Positions 32,014-34,872 of a stretch of 34,872 bases of DNA are shown one piece after another. The position numbers were made by a program, and so were the translations under genes. Source of the DNA: a virus. Location: positions 1-34,872 of the IMG/VR virus record IMGVR_UViG_3300001200_000005. The stretch is one strand, 5' to 3'. The stretch's first letter is position 1. Each line of letters opens with the position of its first letter. The notes under the pieces are model-generated. The model was not told the origin of the DNA. It made no database searches and saw only the letters and a list, made by a program, of their open reading frames with translations.

Positions 32014-32261
32014 TGGATTTAAAAGATATTAAACGCCAGGTTTCTGAATATAAAGCCTTACAGTTACATCGTATTATTGGAAACTCAAATGGTTTTTTTT
32101 CATTTTATTATGAAAACTTAAAAAATTTTAAAACACATAATGCTGCGTTTGATTACGTAAATCAACTTTATTATGAGCTTTTTGGAGAATATAAATACAA
32201 CTCATACAATAGTTTTAGAAATTCTTTAGAACGATTTAATAAACAAAAAAATGAAAAATAA
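32013..32261 (+). CDS. hypothetical protein (82 aa)
   Basis: ORF whose start overlaps the terL stop. Confidence 0.5.
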   Translation: MDLKDIKRQVSEYKALQLHRIIGNSNGFFSFYYENLKNFKTHNAAFDYVNQLYYELFGEYKYNSYNSFRNSLERFNKQKNEK

Positions 32262-32346
32262 TGATTGTAATTGTGAAAAACCTAAACCACTAAGTGGTAT
32301 GCACCCGTTAATTGAATGGTGTGATGTATGTGGCAAAAATTTATAA
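32251..32346 (+). CDS. possible 31-aa Cys4 zinc-ribbon peptide (MKNNDCNCEKPKPLSGMHPLIEWCDVCGKNL)
   Basis: Hand-translated ORF with a CxC...CxxC pattern. It is very short. Confidence 0.25.
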   Translation: MKNNDCNCEKPKPLSGMHPLIEWCDVCGKNL

Positions 32347-32418
32347 TTTAAAACTGAGCTAAGTTTGTTTTACATACTGTGTTAGTTACCGCAGGAAACT
32401 GTTTAATTTTTTTTATTT

Positions 32419-32607
32419 ATGAAAAGCGCAATAAATACATTAGAGAAAAAAATACACGGACTAAAAATTGAGTTAAGAACTTGGTCTGACCCGAGAAACT
32501 TTAGTCAACGAATAATTGACGAATGCTGCCAAGAAATTAAGGAACACGAACAGGCTTTAAAAAAATTAACAAACAATAATAAGCTTAAAATATTAACCAA
32601 TAAATAA
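32419..32607 (+). CDS. hypothetical protein (62 aa)
   Basis: Intact ORF. Confidence 0.45.
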   Translation: MKSAINTLEKKIHGLKIELRTWSDPRNFSQRIIDECCQEIKEHEQALKKLTNNNKLKILTNK

Positions 32608-32713
32608 GCCTCAGTAGTTGTGTTTGTGCATTGTTAGGCAACATTTTATTATGACACAAGATTTTAAAAAAGGAGTTTATAGAATATCAAGCAAATTGGG
32701 AGATAGCGCCACA

Positions 32714-32758
32714 TAACGTTAAATATAAAACATCGTAGGGGTTGGGACGCAATACACT
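32714..32758 (+). repeat. Dispersed intergenic repeat, copy 1 (45 nt; 39/45 identical to 34325..34369)
   Basis: TAACGTTAAATATAAAACATCGTAGGGGTTGGGACGCAATACACT versus TAACGTTAAATATAGAAAATCGTAGGGATTGACACACAATACACT. The first 17 nt also occur at 4172-4188. Confidence 0.85.
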
Positions 32759-32931
32759 GCGATTAATCACAAGATAAATATAAATATTTTGTTTTTAAAT
32801 TTCCTTAAACACCAAATTTTATATTTAGCGACATCACAAATACAAAATCAACATAAACCAAAGTGAACAACCCTATGTTTTTAATATAGGGTTAGGGCAA
32901 GTATGGTAAATCAATAATAAAATTTTATAAA

Positions 32932-33369
32932 ATGGAACAAATTACAGAACTATTAGAAATATTAAAACAAACTCCCGAAATGGCAATATGGGGTTTATTA
33001 ATTTGGTGTGTTTATATACTCGCAAAATTAGCAAGTGTAGTTTACGCAATAAAAGTTGTTTTTCAATTAGCTATAACAAAGTGGCACGATTTCAAAGTTA
33101 AAACTATAGAGGTTGAAAGAATTAAGGTTGATTTGGTTAACTCCGAAAAGGAGTTGCAAAGCAAAAAGATTCGCTTGGATTTTGAAGCTAGTAAAATAAA
33201 GCTTACTAAGGAGTATTCAGATATTAAAAGACTTTCAAAATATTTTGATAAATTAAAAATTTCAGAAGTTGAAATGGACGAGTTAAGGAGGCTTTTAGAC
33301 ACTATAAAAAGTACAACATATATTCATCAATCAGATATTACAAAAGCTATCAAAAAGTTACAGCAGTAG
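32932..33369 (+). CDS. membrane-anchored coiled-coil protein (145 aa)
   Basis: TM-like segment MAIWGLLIWCVYILAKLASVVYAI followed by a charged helical region. Confidence 0.55.
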   Translation: MEQITELLEILKQTPEMAIWGLLIWCVYILAKLASVVYAIKVVFQLAITKWHDFKVKTIEVERIKVDLVNSEKELQSKKIRLDFEASKIKLTKEYSDIKRLSKYFDKLKISEVEMDELRRLLDTIKSTTYIHQSDITKAIKKLQQ

Positions 33370-33455
33370 TATTTGCCTTAACGTGTCTAGTATATGGCAC
33401 GTTGCTGAATTGAGCAATTAAATTATTAAATAAGCCAAAAATAAAAGCGTAAAAA

Positions 33456-33656
33456 ATGACAAAAGAAACTTTAAATAGAGCAAATGCTATCCAAAAAACG
33501 ATAGATAAGCTAGAAATTGAAAGAAGTACTATATCTAAACTTTATAGTAAAAAAGAAGATTTGAATAAAGAAGAAATCACAGAGTTATTTAGTATAGCAA
33601 TGATAAACACAGACTATACTTTAAAGGCAATGAATAAAGAATTAAGCGATTTGTAG
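33456..33656 (+). CDS. hypothetical coiled-coil protein (66 aa)
   Basis: Intact ORF. Confidence 0.45.
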   Translation: MTKETLNRANAIQKTIDKLEIERSTISKLYSKKEDLNKEEITELFSIAMINTDYTLKAMNKELSDL

Positions 33657-33728
33657 CTTTTATTTTCTTCGATTAAGCACAGACCTTAATTAACAAGAAA
33701 CGACCTAAAGCAATGTGTTATATACTGT

Positions 33729-33807
33729 GTTGTGGTGGCGAAGCGAACGTTTTTAAACCATATTGTTGACGTTAACAAAAAGGTCGCTTTTAAAAATGCA
33801 CCACAAC
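33729..33807. repeat. 79-nt hairpin closed by a perfect 9-bp inverted repeat
   Basis: GTTGTGGTG (33729-33737) pairs with CACCACAAC (33799-33807). Internal partial pairings include TTGTT/AACAA (33763-33767/33774-33778). Confidence 0.6.
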
Positions 33808-33887
33808 GTATTGAGATATGAATAGTAAACCCCTTTTTGTGCGGTGGGTATTTTAAAAACTGCACTTTATTATTAAATTTTATATAA

Positions 33888-34259
33888 ATGACTGGATTAG
33901 AACGAGAATTAAATGCAAAAATTGAAGAGTGTAACAGACTACACGAAGAATTAGGAAAACGACCATTTAAAGTAAAAGCGAGTGGTGAAATTGTGGATAC
34001 AGAAAACCACCCGAAGTTAACCAACTTAATTACTGAAAAATTAAAGAACAATGAACGCTTTTACGCTAAAGTAAGAATTGGCGGTGAAAGAATTTGGTGT
34101 GTTGTAGTTGGTAGAATTGACAGCCATAATGCAAACTTTGATGATAGTGAAGAAGGACAGATTTTTGCGGGTATTTTAGATAATGTACCTGTTAGCGAGA
34201 ATTTAAAATTTAATGACTTGATAGAGTTTCAAAGTTGTGATGTGTTTGAATTGAAGTAG
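33888..34259 (+). CDS. hypothetical protein (123 aa)
   Basis: Intact ORF, preferred over the overlapping minus-strand ORF 33686..34051. Confidence 0.55.
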   Translation: MTGLERELNAKIEECNRLHEELGKRPFKVKASGEIVDTENHPKLTNLITEKLKNNERFYAKVRIGGERIWCVVVGRIDSHNANFDDSEEGQIFAGILDNVPVSENLKFNDLIEFQSCDVFELK

Positions 34260-34324
34260 AATGCGAGCGGTGGCAAGGGGTTTATTATTTATATCTCTTG
34301 TTACCAAATCGTTTTAATGTTTGG

Positions 34325-34369
34325 TAACGTTAAATATAGAAAATCGTAGGGATTGACACACAATACACT
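34325..34369 (+). repeat. Dispersed intergenic repeat, copy 2
   Basis: See 32714..32758. This copy contains TTGACA. Confidence 0.85.
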
Positions 34370-34379
34370 CAACCGTTTT

Positions 34380-34841
34380 TTAATCAATCAAATTTTTTAT
34401 TATGAACTCATATATAGCCACAAATCCAGCGATAATTCCTGTTGTCCAAGCCAACATTTCAGTCCAAGATTTTATACTAGGCTCTTTATCTGTTTTATGG
34501 ACAGTTTTTTGTGTTATAGGACTTTTAAAATGCATTTTTTCAGATGACTGATTTACTTGTCCGATTGTTGAACCAGAAAAATCATTTATGAACTCAGATT
34601 TGCTATTTTCATTTTCTGACCAATCAAGGAATTTACTCCAAGATTTAAGTTCTATTAGTTTAGTTAAATACTTTCTGTTACTTAAGTCGCAAGCGTATCT
34701 AAATCTAGTAGGTTTATGTAAAACTCCAATATTTTTTAGGTTAGCAATTAATTCAGATATTTCTTTAGGACTATCCTTTGTTAATGTAAATGATTTGCCA
34801 TTTTTTAAACCTTCTAAATATTCTAAAGTTTTATCTGTCAT
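34380..34841 (-). CDS. tail-anchored membrane protein (153 aa), opposite orientation to the surrounding genes
   Basis: ORF of non-repetitive composition with a C-terminal TM segment (MLAWTTGIIAGFVAIYEFII). Its start codon lies inside the 49-nt terminal overlap. Confidence 0.6.
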   Translation of the reverse strand: MTDKTLEYLEGLKNGKSFTLTKDSPKEISELIANLKNIGVLHKPTRFRYACDLSNRKYLTKLIELKSWSKFLDWSENENSKSEFINDFSGSTIGQVNQSSEKMHFKSPITQKTVHKTDKEPSIKSWTEMLAWTTGIIAGFVAIYEFIIKNLID

Positions 34842-34872
34842 AATTATGAGTTAGTCTGAATGGATGGCAACG
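34824..34872. repeat. Terminal direct repeat, copy 2 (identical to 1..49)
   Basis: Exact 49/49 match to the window start. Confidence 0.95.

Noticed and set aside
33686-34051. Minus-strand ORF of 121 aa.
   Set aside because: It overlaps the plus-strand ORF 33888..34259 and the hairpin-rich non-coding region. Its translation is hydrophobic and low in complexity, so it is probably spurious.
34353-34854. Plus-strand ORFs 34353..34547 and 34588..34854.
   Set aside because: They are shadow ORFs of the more protein-like minus-strand gene 34380..34841, with Cys/Phe/Leu-rich low-complexity translations.

Overview
This window is a complete, circularly closed temperate siphovirus-like phage or prophage genome. 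The first 49 nt are identical to the last 49 nt, so the unit length is 34,823 bp. The host is probably Bacteroidota/Flavobacteriia, an inference from the low GC content, TTTG-N19-TAnnTTTG promoters and a Bacteroidetes-style tyrosine integrase.

Recognisable modules:
- Packaging: HNH endonuclease, P27-type small terminase and large terminase (29434-32013).
- Head and tail: an HK97-type morphogenesis block from 5049 to 20119. It runs portal, prohead protease, major capsid, connector, head closure, gp10-like, major tail, tail chaperone pair with a GGGAAAG -1 frameshift, tape measure, then three large distal tail or receptor-binding proteins.
- Lysis: M15 peptidase endolysin plus membrane proteins (20173-22037).
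- Lysogeny: an attP that carries the 3' part of tRNA-Arg(UCU), an integrase, a secreted moron and a cI-like HTH-S24 repressor (22116-24703).
- Early and replication genes: LuxR-type regulator, HNH homing endonuclease, initiator with an internal iteron/AT-rich origin, and DnaB helicase (24833-29447).

The unusual part is a roughly 7.9 kb accessory island wedged between the large terminase and the portal (32014 through the circular junction to 5048). It holds small orphan ORFs separated by long, structured, repeat-bearing intergenic regions. Its centrepiece has three parts:
- A tRNA-like gene whose anticodon loop carries a roughly 39-nt insert.
- Three tandem hairpin elements that share one architecture, have covarying stems and carry a conserved GTTCCTATA motif. 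A fourth copy of the motif sits inside the tRNA insert.
- A 583-aa orphan protein with a TerD-like C-terminal domain.

I recognised no known defence or anti-defence domain. All domain calls come from motif reading by eye, not from database searches.
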